A DNA stretch of 63,399 bases, the filler included, from Perkinsus chesapeaki ATCC PRA-425 (taxonomy: Eukaryota; Protista; Perkinsozoa), in NCBI GenBank assembly GCA_013115145.1. It is 12 parts of 12 records of this genome, joined end to end, with 100 filler letters (N's around TTAATTAATTAA, not from the genome) between each part and the next. Parts side by side here need not be neighbours in the genome. Positions count along the whole stretch, not along the records: positions 62,154 to 63,399 come from JAAPAO010002081.1; 11 more parts are not named here. One strand, written 5' to 3'. Shown here one piece after another: positions 62,154-63,399 of this stretch (position 1 is its first letter; every line of letters starts with the position of its first letter). Both the position numbers and the translations under genes were made by a program. The notes beneath the pieces were generated by a model. That model saw only the letters and a list, made by a program, of their open reading frames with translations. It was not told where the DNA came from and did no database searches.

Positions 62154-63399
62154 CTCGAGATGGATTAATACGTCGGAGGAATCTTCTGGAGAGACCGGAG
62201 AATCTAAGGGCGTCTTACTGAGATAATACTTCCGCAGTATCTTCTTCAGGGGCAGGATACTCCAGCCAAGATAGCCTAGGGGATCATGGCAAGAGTGAGC
62301 AGCAGAGAGCACTTGACGGACTGTGAAGGTCTTGGACGATGACATGGTCAGCATCTTCTTGAAATGGGCTACATTAACATCCTTGTTGGTGAGGTGGTCG
62401 TCGTCCGTCCAAATAATGCCTAGGCCGTGAGCAGTGGTGGAATCCCATGACCTCTTAGTCTTGTGGTCGGAGAATTGGTGACCATAGTTTGAGACGATGC
62501 TGCAGCCTTCTGTGTACATGTTGTTGACTTCTTCTTGTGTAGGGCCACCAAGGACGAAGTCATCCTGATATTTGACTCGAGTGCAGCCATTTTGACGCAT
62601 GTGTGAGTCTTTGGCTGGTGCGGATTGGGTGATAAGCTCCTTGTAGAAGTTGTCGGCGGAAACCAGCTCGTGGACTTTAGCTGCCATGGGACTTGGAGTA
62701 AGGTCTCGTAGGGAAGGTTCGGGAAGGCCAACCAGTTCTTCAGAGGGAAGGTTGCAGTCGTCCAGTAGGATCATCAATGAACGGGGCTTGGTGCCATTGC
62801 TAAGACGGTACTCAGTAGCTTCGCAGCAAAGCAAGAGTAAGATGGAAGTGCTTACTTGAAGTCCGCTCGAAGAGCTTTTACTACCCATCGGCAACCCCAA
62901 AAATCGGTAAAACTTGAAGGCCAAGGGGTTGGGATCTTCGTCATTGTCAACGTGTGCACGACCAGGCTGAGCTACGACGAAGGCGTGACAATAAGATGTC
63001 ACTTGAGTGGTGTCGCAGTGTAGAAAGGCAGCTTTCAGGTCGGCCCAGGCAACATGCTTATAGGTTCTTGTGGTAGTGAGCGCAGCGACTAAGTCCCGGT
63101 CGATAACCGGCGTAGGTCCTTGTAGATTATTGGCTGGCCGCCAGTCAAATACCGGACGGATTTTGGTCTTTCGCACGGACTCAGCGGTGACTTCGGAGGA
63201 GTTGGAGTTTGGAGTGGAGGCCAATACAGGGAAGTGGACGGTGAAGTAGCACTGGTTGAGTTCCGTGCAGGGGTCTAGCTGTAGTATTAGTCCCTCCTTC
63301 AGGTAATTGTCGAACACATCTAAATATGCTTGGTGAAGATGGCGGCGAGAGAGCGATTTGTAGAGCTTCGCAGCATGCTTGATAGCCATTTGTTTGTTG
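62154..63399 (-). mobile_element. BEL/Pao reverse transcriptase region; one open frame across the contig piece
   Basis: HFPVL..KIRPVFD, ADLKAAFLH, YRFLGLPMG, KYQDDFVLGG, HGLGIIW, RQVLSAAHSCHDPLG. Confidence 0.9.

Overview
Eukaryotic, transposon-rich DNA, most likely from a Perkinsus-type alveolate. This is an inference from a 21/22 match to the Perkinsus spliced leader, a protist-type subtilisin and short GT-AG introns. The window is not contiguous: 11 gaps are artificial N44-TTAATTAATTAA-N44 linkers and one more is a plain 98-N gap, so adjacency across gaps carries no biological meaning. Host genes or pseudogenes include a spliced papain-family protease, a frameshifted subtilisin, an HMG-box fragment, a kinase C-lobe, coiled-coil genes, and a spliced Tubby-domain gene in an abruptly AT-rich, microsatellite-rich island. 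Mobile DNA includes three BEL/Pao pieces, three Ty3/gypsy-like pieces, a DIRS-like RT fragment, a decayed LINE, a MULE-type transposase start and a Chapaev-like transposase with a RAG1-related N-terminal zinc motif. The most unusual signals are: (i) two oppositely oriented arrays of GTRTAY at an exact 15-bp period, one starting at a Helitron-like hairpin+CTAG end; (ii) recurrent perfect palindromes with a single central unpaired base, up to 31+1+31; (iii) a genomic spliced-leader relic; (iv) five in-frame tandem splice acceptors in the Tubby gene. No CRISPR array, rRNA or convincing tRNA was found.
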